A program made the position numbers and the translations under genes. From assembly GCA_964528445.1 (NCBI GenBank), contig CAZGSL010000001.1, positions 82,530 through 114,529 on the forward strand: a DNA stretch of 32,000 nucleotides, given 5' to 3'. Shown here piece after piece: positions 16,190 to 24,136 of this stretch. Under the pieces are notes generated by a model. It was given only the letters and a program-made list of their open reading frames with translations. It had not been told where the DNA came from and did not search any database. Every line of letters starts with the position of its first letter. Positions within the stretch are counted from its first letter, which is position 1. This DNA is from an uncultured Balneolaceae bacterium (GTDB taxonomy: Bacteria; Bacteroidota; Rhodothermia; Balneolales; Balneolaceae).

Positions 16190-17122
16190 TCAATGCCCGC
16201 GCATGCGCACCTCGAACGTGATGCCTTCGGTCGCGGAGTTGTTGGCCAGCAGGACGCTGTATCCCATCTCCCGGGCGTAGGCTACGCACTTGGGCAGTCC
16301 GAGTCCCACTCCCCGGGCCTTGTTGGAGAAGAAGGGGTAAAACATTTTGGGGATGTAATTCTCCGGTATGGGCGCGCCGTAATTGGTCACGCGGATGGTC
16401 TCCTCGTCAAACGTTACGGATACGGGTCCCCTGGGGTCCCCCGAGTGTTCCAGGGCGTTTTCCAGGAGCTCCTCCAGGATACCCCGCAGCAGCACATAAT
16501 CGCTCTCCAGGGTCCGGAGGCCGTTGGCGATGATTACGTTCACGCGTTCCCGCTGTTCGGAGGCAAGCTCCCTGAGGATGCTGTCCATAAAATCCCTGAT
16601 GTTGAAATCGGAGATCTGGACGGTCAAATCCTTGGCCAGCGTATTGAGGTCCGCCAGGATCTTCCTGAAGTCATCCAGCCCGCTCTCCATTTCGCTCAGG
16701 TATTCGCGCTGCTTGTCGTCCAGCGGCTGCTCAGACAGAAGCTCGGCGTAACCGCTGATCCCGTTGAGGGGAGAGTGAAAGCGGTGGACCAGCAGCCGGG
16801 CCATCTCCCGCTGAAGCTCGAAGAAATCGAAATTCTGATCGATCCCCACGGGGGAGAACGTGGTCTTGATATAGGTGTGGTCGTTGAGGTTCAGCTTCTC
16901 CTCGTGAATCCGGTAGTACTGGTTTTCCCGCTCCCATATTACCGAGCTTCTCACCACCCGGTGCGGGGTGAAGAGCTCATCCAGACTTCTGCCGGAATCG
17001 GGGTCGATTCCCAGCACGCGGCGGGCGGCCCGGTTGGCGTACAATATTTTTTTCTCTGAGGCATCGGTTATGAGAGCGGGATTCTCATAGCCGTTGATCA
17101 GGGATTGAATAAACTTATCCAT
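16190..17122 (-). CDS. soluble sensor histidine kinase (PAS-like N-terminus, HisKA, HATPase_c); no TM segments
   Basis: The H-box is HRFHSPLNGISGYAELL, the N-box is LEELLENALEHS, G1 is VTNYGAPIP and G2 is ARGVGLGLPKC. The N-terminal ~100 aa look PAS-like (PALITDASEKKILYANRAARRVLG). No response regulator is adjacent. It is divergent from flgB. Confidence 0.85.
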   Translation of the reverse strand: MDKFIQSLINGYENPALITDASEKKILYANRAARRVLGIDPDSGRSLDELFTPHRVVRSSVIWERENQYYRIHEEKLNLNDHTYIKTTFSPVGIDQNFDFFELQREMARLLVHRFHSPLNGISGYAELLSEQPLDDKQREYLSEMESGLDDFRKILADLNTLAKDLTVQISDFNIRDFMDSILRELASEQRERVNVIIANGLRTLESDYVLLRGILEELLENALEHSGDPRGPVSVTFDEETIRVTNYGAPIPENYIPKMFYPFFSNKARGVGLGLPKCVAYAREMGYSVLLANNSATEGITFEVRMRGH

Positions 17123-17455
17123 TGGTCCGGTCGGTCCCTAAATGGGAGAAATCCAGCCGCTGATGAAACGGCCGTTGCTGAAAACCTTACTAGATCGATT
17201 TTTCATGCTCTATATCTCACTGATTGTATGAAAAAATACAGATAGTTGCACCTCCTGCCCTCCCCCGGGCGCATAGCCCGGCGACCGGCACCGGGACAGG
17301 CTGTCTAAAACGGTTATCAGCAGGCGCTCAAGAGATCTTAAGAAGGAATTTGCCGGCAGATAGCTTTTCCGCCGGCCGGGAAAATTTTGCCAGCGGCACG
17401 TTTCGTCCTCCCCGCCTACCCCCCTTTTACGCCCCGGAGACCCATCCCGTCAGCG

Positions 17456-17470
17456 TGGCACGGCAATTGC
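17456..17470 (+). promoter_or_regulatory. sigma-54 (RpoN) -24/-12 promoter of the flgB operon
   Basis: TGGCACGGCAATTGC equals TGGCAC-N5-TTGC, the consensus GG/GC elements at correct spacing. It lies 34 nt upstream of the flgB ATG. A GGAGGT Shine-Dalgarno sits at 17495-17500. Confidence 0.7.
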
Positions 17471-17503
17471 CTTCCTCTTTACACGAACTAAGACGGAGGT
17501 GCT

Positions 17504-17851
17504 ATGAAACTGCTTGAAAATCAACATACCGCGCTTCTTGCCAAGGCGATGGATGCCTATACGCTGAGGCAGAAAATTACCGCTTCCAACGTAGCGAACC
17601 TGGATACGCCGGGATACAACAAACGCTCGGTCTCCTTTGAGGAGGAACTGCTGAAAGCGGCCGACAGCGATATGGGCCAGAGCACCATCGACTCGGTCCG
17701 CCCCGAAGTCGTGGAGTCCGACCAGGCGCCAGTCCTGGAGGAGGAGATGCTGGAGATGGCCGATACCCAGGTTCGGGTGAACATGGTAACGCGCGCGCTT
17801 CGCCAGAATTTTGAACTGATACGCTCCGGCATAACCGGCCGGACGGGATAA
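17504..17851 (+). CDS. flgB: flagellar basal-body rod protein FlgB
   Basis: LRQKITASNVANLDTPGYNKRSVSFEE is the conserved rod-protein N-terminal motif (NxANxxTxGY). It occupies the first position of an flgB-flgC-fliE block. Confidence 0.9.
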   Translation: MKLLENQHTALLAKAMDAYTLRQKITASNVANLDTPGYNKRSVSFEEELLKAADSDMGQSTIDSVRPEVVESDQAPVLEEEMLEMADTQVRVNMVTRALRQNFELIRSGITGRTG

Positions 17852-17869
17852 CGGTACGGGGTATCCCTT

Positions 17870-18364
17870 ATGGAAATTGACCGTTTTTTCTCCGTTTTCA
17901 AGACTGCCGGACGCGGGCTTGCCGCCCAGCGGGAACGGATCTCCGTCGCGTCCGAGAACATAGCCAACGCCAATACCACCAGGGCGGCGGACGGCGGGCC
18001 CTACCGGCCGAAAACGCTCCGGCTGTCGGCGGGAGAAGGCAGGCGTTTCGAGCGGACCCTTGAGGAGTCCCTGCTGCAGATGAACACCACCCAGGCTGAA
18101 CACAGAGCCGAACCCGGTCAGCCCGAAAGTGAGGGCGGAACCGAAGACCTGGGCCCGAGAGCGGAGGTGGTGGAGCAGGAACGATACCGTTTTGAATACG
18201 ATCCCGACCATCCCGACGCCGACGAAAACGGAATGGTCCGCTATCCCGACGTCAATATGGTGGAAGAGATGACGCGGATGGTTAGCGCCAACAGGCTCTA
18301 CGAGGCCAACCTGAGTGTTATCGAGGCGGAGAAGGAAATTATCAAACGCTCATTTGAAATCTGA
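17870..18364 (+). CDS. flgC: flagellar basal-body rod protein FlgC
   Basis: GLAAQRERISVASENIANANTTR is followed later by YDPDHPDADENGMVRYPDVNMVEEMTRMVSANRLYEANLSVIE, the FlgC N- and C-terminal signatures. Confidence 0.92.
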   Translation: MEIDRFFSVFKTAGRGLAAQRERISVASENIANANTTRAADGGPYRPKTLRLSAGEGRRFERTLEESLLQMNTTQAEHRAEPGQPESEGGTEDLGPRAEVVEQERYRFEYDPDHPDADENGMVRYPDVNMVEEMTRMVSANRLYEANLSVIEAEKEIIKRSFEI

Positions 18365-18372
18365 CAACCAAT

Positions 18373-18600
18373 ATGGAAACACGAGGAATCGGCGGTTTTC
18401 AGGAGTTCACAAACAACCTGATCAACAAAGCCGGGAACACACCGCAGGCGGAGGGAAAGGATCTCTCGGAAGCCGAGCGAAACATGATCGAGAGCAAGTT
18501 CAAACCTGGGAACAGCCCCATTGACCTCTACGGTTCGTCCGGAAATGTCCGCACCGAAAACCCCGGTGCCAAAGGGGGGAACATCGACTTCACCGTCTAA
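18373..18600 (+). CDS. hypothetical small protein (75 aa), G/N/P-rich, no TM segment or signal peptide; inserted between flgC and fliE
   Basis: The ORF exactly fills the flgC-fliE gap, starting 8 nt after the flgC stop and ending 18 nt before the fliE ATG. Codon third positions are mostly G/C, like neighbouring genes. I recognise no family. No clear Shine-Dalgarno is present, so translation may be coupled to flgC. Confidence 0.5.
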   Translation: METRGIGGFQEFTNNLINKAGNTPQAEGKDLSEAERNMIESKFKPGNSPIDLYGSSGNVRTENPGAKGGNIDFTV

Positions 18601-18618
18601 CCAGAAAAGGAGTTCACC

Positions 18619-18942
18619 ATGCCCATTGACATAGGTCCCATCATAAGCAGGCTGCAGCAGCAGATGCCGGGTGACGAGGGCTTCGGCCGCCCCCGGCAGC
18701 TGGAGATCGGGGAAACGGAGGGGGAGAGTTTCTCGGATATGGTGCAGGATGCGATTGAAGATGTTGACGAAGCCCAGAAAAACGCCGATCAGAAAGTGGA
18801 GGATGTGGTGATGGGCCGCTCGGACAATATCCACGAAACCATGATCGCCATGGAGAAGGCCCAGCTGAGCTTTCAGCTGATGGTGGAAGTCAGAAACAAG
18901 GCGATAGAGACCTACCAGGAACTTAGCAGAATGCAGATCTAA
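18619..18942 (+). CDS. fliE: flagellar hook-basal body complex protein FliE
   Basis: FSDMVQDAIEDVDEAQKNADQ...NIHETMIAMEKAQLSFQLMVEVRNKAIETYQELSRMQI is the FliE signature. AAGGAG lies upstream of the ATG. Confidence 0.9.
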   Translation: MPIDIGPIISRLQQQMPGDEGFGRPRQLEIGETEGESFSDMVQDAIEDVDEAQKNADQKVEDVVMGRSDNIHETMIAMEKAQLSFQLMVEVRNKAIETYQELSRMQI

Positions 18943-18959
18943 ATTTTCAGGATACCTTT

Positions 18960-20603
18960 ATGGCCCGGTTGATCGATGCGTTTCAAAATTTCTTCAGTCC
19001 CCTGAGCAGTGCCCAGAAGGCGCTGTTTGTGCTTTTCAGCGTGGGGATACTTACGCTGGCCAGTATGCTTTTTTACTGGGCGCTCCAGCCCAGTTACACG
19101 ACGCTGTTCGGGTCGCTGGCGCCGGAATCGGCCCAGACCATTGTAGAGGAGCTGGAAGCCGACGGTATTCCCTATAAGCTGGGAGACAACGGCCGCTCCA
19201 TCCGGGTGCCACGGTCCCAGGTCTACGACCTGCGGCTGGAATACGCCTCGGAGGGAGCTGCCGGGGCCGACCACCAGGGTTATGAACTCTTCGACCAGAA
19301 CACTTTGGGGATGACCGACTTCATGCAGCGCATCAACAAGAAGCGCGCGATGGAGGGGGAGCTTTCCCGGACCATCAATAACCTGGAGCAGGTGGAATCC
19401 TCGCGTATCCATATTGTGCTGCCGGAACGCTCCGCATTCCAGGAGTCCACCATAGAGCCCACCGCATCGGTGATCCTGAACTTGCGGCAGGGAAAGCAGC
19501 TGGCTGACGACCAGATCCAGGGTATCGGCGCCCTGATCGCCGGCAGCGTCGAGGGATTGACCATGGAGAACGTGGTGCTGCTGGATCAGCTTGGTAACCG
19601 TATTTCGGACAATGTACTGATGGGCAGTGAAGGATCCTCGGGGACGGCTCATATGCGCCTGCGGCAGGATACCGAGAATTACCTGACCACCAAGGGCCAG
19701 AGTATGCTTGACCGGGTACTGGGGCCGGGCAACAGCATCCTGCGCATCTCCACGGATCATAATTTCGACAAGCTGACCCGCCAGTCCAACCTGATCGATC
19801 CCGAAAGCCGCACGATTATATCGGAGGAGAAGCGCACCAGCACCAACAACGACCAGACCCAGCAGCCGGTGGGCCAGGGCGAGGACGGGGAGGAGCTTCT
19901 CTCCACCGACCAGCAGCAGGGAGAATCGACCGTCCAGGTGAGAAATTACGAGGTAAACGAGACCCGGGAGCAGCTGGAGCGCCAGGTGGGCGAGGTTACG
20001 CGGATCAGCGCCTCCATCCTTCTCAACTACAAGACGGAGGAGACCCAGAACGAAGAGGGGGAAACCGTCACCGAATTCGTGCCCTACTCCCAGGATGAGA
20101 TAGCCGACATCCGTGAGGTTATGGAGGGAGCCCTGGGCATCCAGGAGGAGCGCGGGGACCAGCTCTCCATTACCCAGATCCGTTTCCAGGACTCCTACCG
20201 GAACGCGCCCGGTGATGAGCCTTTCTTTACCGATCCCGTCTCCCTGTTCGAGCTTATCCGCTGGATCGTCATGGCGGTCATCTTCCTGGTGGTTTCGGTG
20301 ATGGTCTACCGGATGACCAAGAACTTCAGCCTGGGCGGCGAGCCCCTGCTGGCACAAGGAGAGAAGGAGGAGAAAGAGAAACAGCTGTCCGAGGAAGAGC
20401 AGCGGTACCTGGAGGGCGAAAGCTCAGAGGAGGAGGATATCTACACCGAGAAATTGAGTGAAGAGGCCAAAGAGGTGGCCAAGGCCAATGAGATGTCCGA
20501 TGAGATCAAGGAGTTTGTGGACAAGAACACGCCTGAGGCCGCCAGCTACGTCCGCAGCATGATGAGCGGGGTTATGAGCAGCGATTCAAAAAAGAACAAT
20601 TGA
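18960..20603 (+). CDS. fliF: flagellar MS-ring protein FliF
   Basis: It has an N-terminal TM segment (ALFVLFSVGILTLASMLFYWAL) and YscJ/FliF motifs (IPYKL...IRVPRSQVYDLRL, ELSRTINNLEQVESSRIHIVLPE). A second TM lies near the C-terminus (IRWIVMAVIFLVVSVMVY), followed by an acidic tail. Confidence 0.92.
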   Translation: MARLIDAFQNFFSPLSSAQKALFVLFSVGILTLASMLFYWALQPSYTTLFGSLAPESAQTIVEELEADGIPYKLGDNGRSIRVPRSQVYDLRLEYASEGAAGADHQGYELFDQNTLGMTDFMQRINKKRAMEGELSRTINNLEQVESSRIHIVLPERSAFQESTIEPTASVILNLRQGKQLADDQIQGIGALIAGSVEGLTMENVVLLDQLGNRISDNVLMGSEGSSGTAHMRLRQDTENYLTTKGQSMLDRVLGPGNSILRISTDHNFDKLTRQSNLIDPESRTIISEEKRTSTNNDQTQQPVGQGEDGEELLSTDQQQGESTVQVRNYEVNETREQLERQVGEVTRISASILLNYKTEETQNEEGETVTEFVPYSQDEIADIREVMEGALGIQEERGDQLSITQIRFQDSYRNAPGDEPFFTDPVSLFELIRWIVMAVIFLVVSVMVYRMTKNFSLGGEPLLAQGEKEEKEKQLSEEEQRYLEGESSEEEDIYTEKLSEEAKEVAKANEMSDEIKEFVDKNTPEAASYVRSMMSGVMSSDSKKNN

Positions 20604-20608
20604 CTGTT

Positions 20609-21640
20609 ATGAGCAGCGACACACAGATGATCGACGACATATCGTCGCTTAGCGGCGCCCAGAAGGTGGCCGTGCTTATGATCTCCCTGGGCGTGGAGAA
20701 GGCTTCCTCCGTCCTGAAGGAGTTGAAAGACGACGAGGTGGAGAAAATCACCATCGAGATCGCCAAGATGGACAACATCAGTCCGGAGGTGGTCGACGAG
20801 GTGGTCAAGGAATTTCACGGACTTATGAACGAGAAGCGGTTTCTCCTGGAGGGTGGAATGGACTACGCCCGGCACGTACTGAACGAAACCAAGGACCGCT
20901 ACGAGGTTCGCGGCATGATGAAACGGCTGGAGAGCAAGACCGGGAACGACACCTTCGGAATATTCCAGTCGGCCGAAACGGCCCAGATTGTCCAGTTCCT
21001 CCAGAACGAACACCCCCAGATCGCCGCGGTGATCCTGGCTCACCTGAACCTGAACCGGGCCGCGGAGATTCTGTCTGCCCTTGAGCCCGAGGCCCAGGGG
21101 GAGATTTCCATGAGAATGGCCCGGATGGGATCCATATCGCCCGATGTTATCGAAGAGATCGAAGAGGTGATCCGGGACCAGGTCAGCGCCACCTACATGC
21201 AGGCCGAGAACATACGGAAGGGCTCCTCCGCCGTGGCCAACATCCTCAACGAGACCGACCTGGCTACCGAGCGCAGCGTCCTGGAGTCGATCGACAAGAT
21301 CGATTCTCAGCTGGCGGAGGAGATCAAGAACCAGATGTTCCTCTTCGAGGATATCCTGGAGCTCGAAGACCGGGACGTCCAGGCTATCATCAGCTCGGTG
21401 GACCGCTCGGATCTGGTCGTGGGACTGAAGGGGGTGGCGGACGAGCTGGTGCAGAAGGTCCTGGACAACATGTCGTCCCGCGCGAAGGAGATGTTCCTGG
21501 AGGATATGGAAGCCAGCGGACCGGTGCACCGGAAGCAGGTCGAGGAGGCCCAGCAGCGTATTGTCAGCGAAATCAAGCGGCTTGAGGAGGAGGGACAGAT
21601 CACCACGCGCAAAGCCGACGCGGAAGAATTGGTTGAATAG
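20609..21640 (+). CDS. fliG: flagellar motor switch protein FliG
   Basis: LSGAQKVAVLMISLGVEKASSVLKEL, the EHPQIAAVILAHL motif, and MFLFEDILELEDRDVQAI...MSSRAKEMFLEDME match FliG. The start is either the ATG at 20609 or the TTG at 20600, which overlaps the fliF stop. Confidence 0.93.
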   Translation: MSSDTQMIDDISSLSGAQKVAVLMISLGVEKASSVLKELKDDEVEKITIEIAKMDNISPEVVDEVVKEFHGLMNEKRFLLEGGMDYARHVLNETKDRYEVRGMMKRLESKTGNDTFGIFQSAETAQIVQFLQNEHPQIAAVILAHLNLNRAAEILSALEPEAQGEISMRMARMGSISPDVIEEIEEVIRDQVSATYMQAENIRKGSSAVANILNETDLATERSVLESIDKIDSQLAEEIKNQMFLFEDILELEDRDVQAIISSVDRSDLVVGLKGVADELVQKVLDNMSSRAKEMFLEDMEASGPVHRKQVEEAQQRIVSEIKRLEEEGQITTRKADAEELVE

Positions 21641-21651
21641 AGAAAACCATT

Positions 21652-22368
21652 ATGGACAGCAAGGTCATCAATTCGGAGCAGCTCAATTTCAAGGGGAAGG
21701 AGTTCGCCCGCCTCTCCTACGATATGCTGTTTGAGGATCAGGCGTCCGGCGAAGAGGAAAAAAATCCCTCGCTGGAGGAAGCGGTGGAGGGCATCAGCAG
21801 GGAGGAGCTCTCCGAGCGCCTTCGCGAGGTGGAGGAGGAGTGGCGTGAACGCCTGGAGGAGGAGCGGGAAAAGGCGGCCCGTGCGGCCTACGACCGGGGG
21901 AGGAAGCGCGGCAGGAAGGAGGCCGAGTCGTCGATGGAGAAGAACATCTCTACGCTGAAGTCGGCCCTGGAGAAGGCCGACCGGAAGATTGACGAAATGC
22001 TGGAGGAGCTTAAGCCGGAGATGGCCCGGATGGTATTTGACCTGGCCGAGAAGGTGGTCCGGGTTCCCCTGAAAGACGAGGGTATACGCCGGAAGGTAAG
22101 CAGTGAGATAAAGGAAGTTCTGGACAAGCTGGAGGAGGGAATCCGGGTAAAAATCAAGGTTTCTGAAAGCGATTACCTGGCGGTGGAGGAGAAGCTTGGG
22201 GATTGCGGGAACCGGGTGGAACTTACGTCCGGCGAAGAGCTGAATCCCGGGGAGTACTCCATTGACACCCGGAAGGAGAGGGTGGTGAAGCGTTTTACAA
22301 AGATCCTGGACGATTTCAGGGAATCCGTGGCATTGACAGACGACAAATCGTACAACGAGGTGGCCTGA
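21652..22368 (+). CDS. fliH: flagellar assembly protein FliH (export ATPase regulator)
   Basis: It has a Glu/Arg-rich coiled-coil centre (REVEEEWRERLEEEREKAARAAYDRGRKRGRKEAE) and a C-terminal FliH-type domain. It lies between fliG and fliI and overlaps the fliI start by 1 nt. Confidence 0.75.
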   Translation: MDSKVINSEQLNFKGKEFARLSYDMLFEDQASGEEEKNPSLEEAVEGISREELSERLREVEEEWRERLEEEREKAARAAYDRGRKRGRKEAESSMEKNISTLKSALEKADRKIDEMLEELKPEMARMVFDLAEKVVRVPLKDEGIRRKVSSEIKEVLDKLEEGIRVKIKVSESDYLAVEEKLGDCGNRVELTSGEELNPGEYSIDTRKERVVKRFTKILDDFRESVALTDDKSYNEVA

Positions 22369-23705
22369 TGATGCTCTCGTACATCAATGAGATATCGGAC
22401 CGGATGGAGGAGATGGAAGCGGAGCCCAAGCGCTTCGGCAAAGTCTCGTCCGTCGTCGGCACCGTCATCGAGGCCACCGGACTGGAAGCCTCGGTGGGAG
22501 AGCTGCATACCATTCACACCAGGCACGGTTCGGAAATCAGGGCGGAAGTGGTGGGCCTTAAAAACGAAGTGACCCTCCTCATGCCCCTGGACCGGGTGGA
22601 GGGAATCCAGGCGGGCTGCCTGGTGGAGTCCACGCCCCGCTCCATGAGCGTGCGCATCGGCGAATCCCTGCTGGGCCGGGTCATTGACGCCAACGGCATG
22701 CCAATCGACAACAAGGGTCCGCTGGTGGATTGCCGGAACTATCCCGTCCACAACGATCCCCCGGGTCCGCTGGAGAGGGAGAACATCGATGAAGTTCTCT
22801 TCAGCGGCGTGCGCAGCATCGACACCTTCCTGACCTTGGGCAAGGGACAGCGGATGGGAATTTTCGCCGGCTCCGGCGTCGGGAAGAGTACCCTGATGGG
22901 AATGATCGCCCGTCACTCCTCGATCGATATCAATGTGATCGCGCTGATCGGGGAACGGGGAAGGGAGGTCAAAGAATTTGTGGACGACGTGCTGGGTCCT
23001 GAGGGACTCCGCCGTTCCGTGGTCGTGGCCACCACCTCCGACAAGGCGGCGATGAGCCGTGTGAAAGCCGCTTATACCGCCACGGCCGTGGCGGAGTATT
23101 TCCGGGAAGAGGGGAGGGACGTCATGCTGATGATGGACTCCGTCACCCGCGTTGCCATGGCCCAGCGTGAAATAGGACTGGCCTCCGGGGAGCCGCCCAC
23201 CACCAAGGGATATACCCCCAGCGTGTTCGCCATGCTGCCAAAAATACTGGAACGGGCCGGAAAAACACCGGAGGGTAGCATCACGGGACTCTATACCGTA
23301 CTGGTCGACAACGACGATATGAACGAACCGATAGCCGATGCGGTGCGGGCCATCCTCGACGGACACATTGTTCTCTCCCGCGATCTGGCGCACAAGAACC
23401 ACTATCCGGCTGTGGACGTACTGGCCAGCGTCTCCCGCCTGATGGCCAAGCTGGTGGACGACGAAAAACGGGAGATCTCCCGGCAGGCCCGCGAACTGCT
23501 GGCGACCTACCGGGAATCGGAGGATCTGATCAATATCGGGGCGTACGTGGAGGGCAGCAATCCCAAAATCGATCGCGCGGTCGGATGTATCGAAGAATTA
23601 AACGATTTCCTGACGCAGGATATCACGGAGACTGATTTTGAGACCGACCTGTGGGAGAGGCTGGGACAGATCATCGGCTACGAAAATGCAGGTGGGATAC
23701 AATGA
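22368..23705 (+). CDS. fliI: flagellum-specific type III secretion ATPase FliI
   Basis: Walker A is GIFAGSGVGKSTL and Walker B is VMLMMDSVTR. The conserved blocks GEPPTTKGYTPSVF and SITGLYTVLVDNDDMNEPIADAVRAILDGHIVLSR are present. Confidence 0.96.
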   Translation: MMLSYINEISDRMEEMEAEPKRFGKVSSVVGTVIEATGLEASVGELHTIHTRHGSEIRAEVVGLKNEVTLLMPLDRVEGIQAGCLVESTPRSMSVRIGESLLGRVIDANGMPIDNKGPLVDCRNYPVHNDPPGPLERENIDEVLFSGVRSIDTFLTLGKGQRMGIFAGSGVGKSTLMGMIARHSSIDINVIALIGERGREVKEFVDDVLGPEGLRRSVVVATTSDKAAMSRVKAAYTATAVAEYFREEGRDVMLMMDSVTRVAMAQREIGLASGEPPTTKGYTPSVFAMLPKILERAGKTPEGSITGLYTVLVDNDDMNEPIADAVRAILDGHIVLSRDLAHKNHYPAVDVLASVSRLMAKLVDDEKREISRQARELLATYRESEDLINIGAYVEGSNPKIDRAVGCIEELNDFLTQDITETDFETDLWERLGQIIGYENAGGIQ

Positions 23706-24130
23706 AATTTACCTTCAAATACGAATCCCTGAAGAAGATCCGCCGTCACCGGCAGGAGCGGGAGCAGCAGAAGCTCGCCGCGATACGGGGACGCAGGGCC
23801 GGGCTGCAGCAGGAGCTGTCGGCCCTGAGGAAAGAGCTCTCCGCCCCGATGGACGAATCCTCGAGGCGGCACTCCGTACAGCATGTGCGCCGCACGTTCC
23901 AGCACCACATGAGCCGGTTGAAGCGGTGCTGGAAAATGGAAAAGGAGTTGCTTCAGCTGGAGCAGGAGATCGAGCGCCAGCGCCAGCGCCTGCTGGAGGC
24001 CGACAGGGAGAAGAAAGTCCTGGAAACCCTGGAGGCGCGGGAGAAGATGAGGTTTGTCGAGAAGCTCCAGCACCGCGAACAGCTCCGTCAGAATGAGATT
24101 GCAACCCAAATGTACAACCAGAGAGGATAG
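23702..24130 (+). CDS. fliJ: flagellar export chaperone/stalk protein FliJ
   Basis: MKFTFKYESLKKIRRHRQEREQQKLA starts an all-helical, Arg/Glu/Gln-rich protein of about 142 aa. The ATG overlaps the fliI stop (ATGA). The upstream Met in the ORF track (23651) lies inside fliI and is rejected. Confidence 0.7.
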   Translation: MKFTFKYESLKKIRRHRQEREQQKLAAIRGRRAGLQQELSALRKELSAPMDESSRRHSVQHVRRTFQHHMSRLKRCWKMEKELLQLEQEIERQRQRLLEADREKKVLETLEAREKMRFVEKLQHREQLRQNEIATQMYNQRG

Positions 24131-24136
24131 CAGATT

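Noticed and set aside
17224-17517. 97-aa ORF in the kinase-flgB intergenic region
   Set aside because: It is P/R/A-rich with no codon-bias support. It runs across the sigma-54 promoter and ribosome-binding site into flgB. The region is better explained as regulatory DNA.
18939-23402. Series of long minus-strand ORFs (18939-20357, 20546-21529, 22173-23402) opposite fliF, fliG and fliI
   Set aside because: Each is the mirror of a gene with unambiguous flagellar motifs. The products are H/L/G/R-rich with no motifs. I treat them as antisense artefacts.
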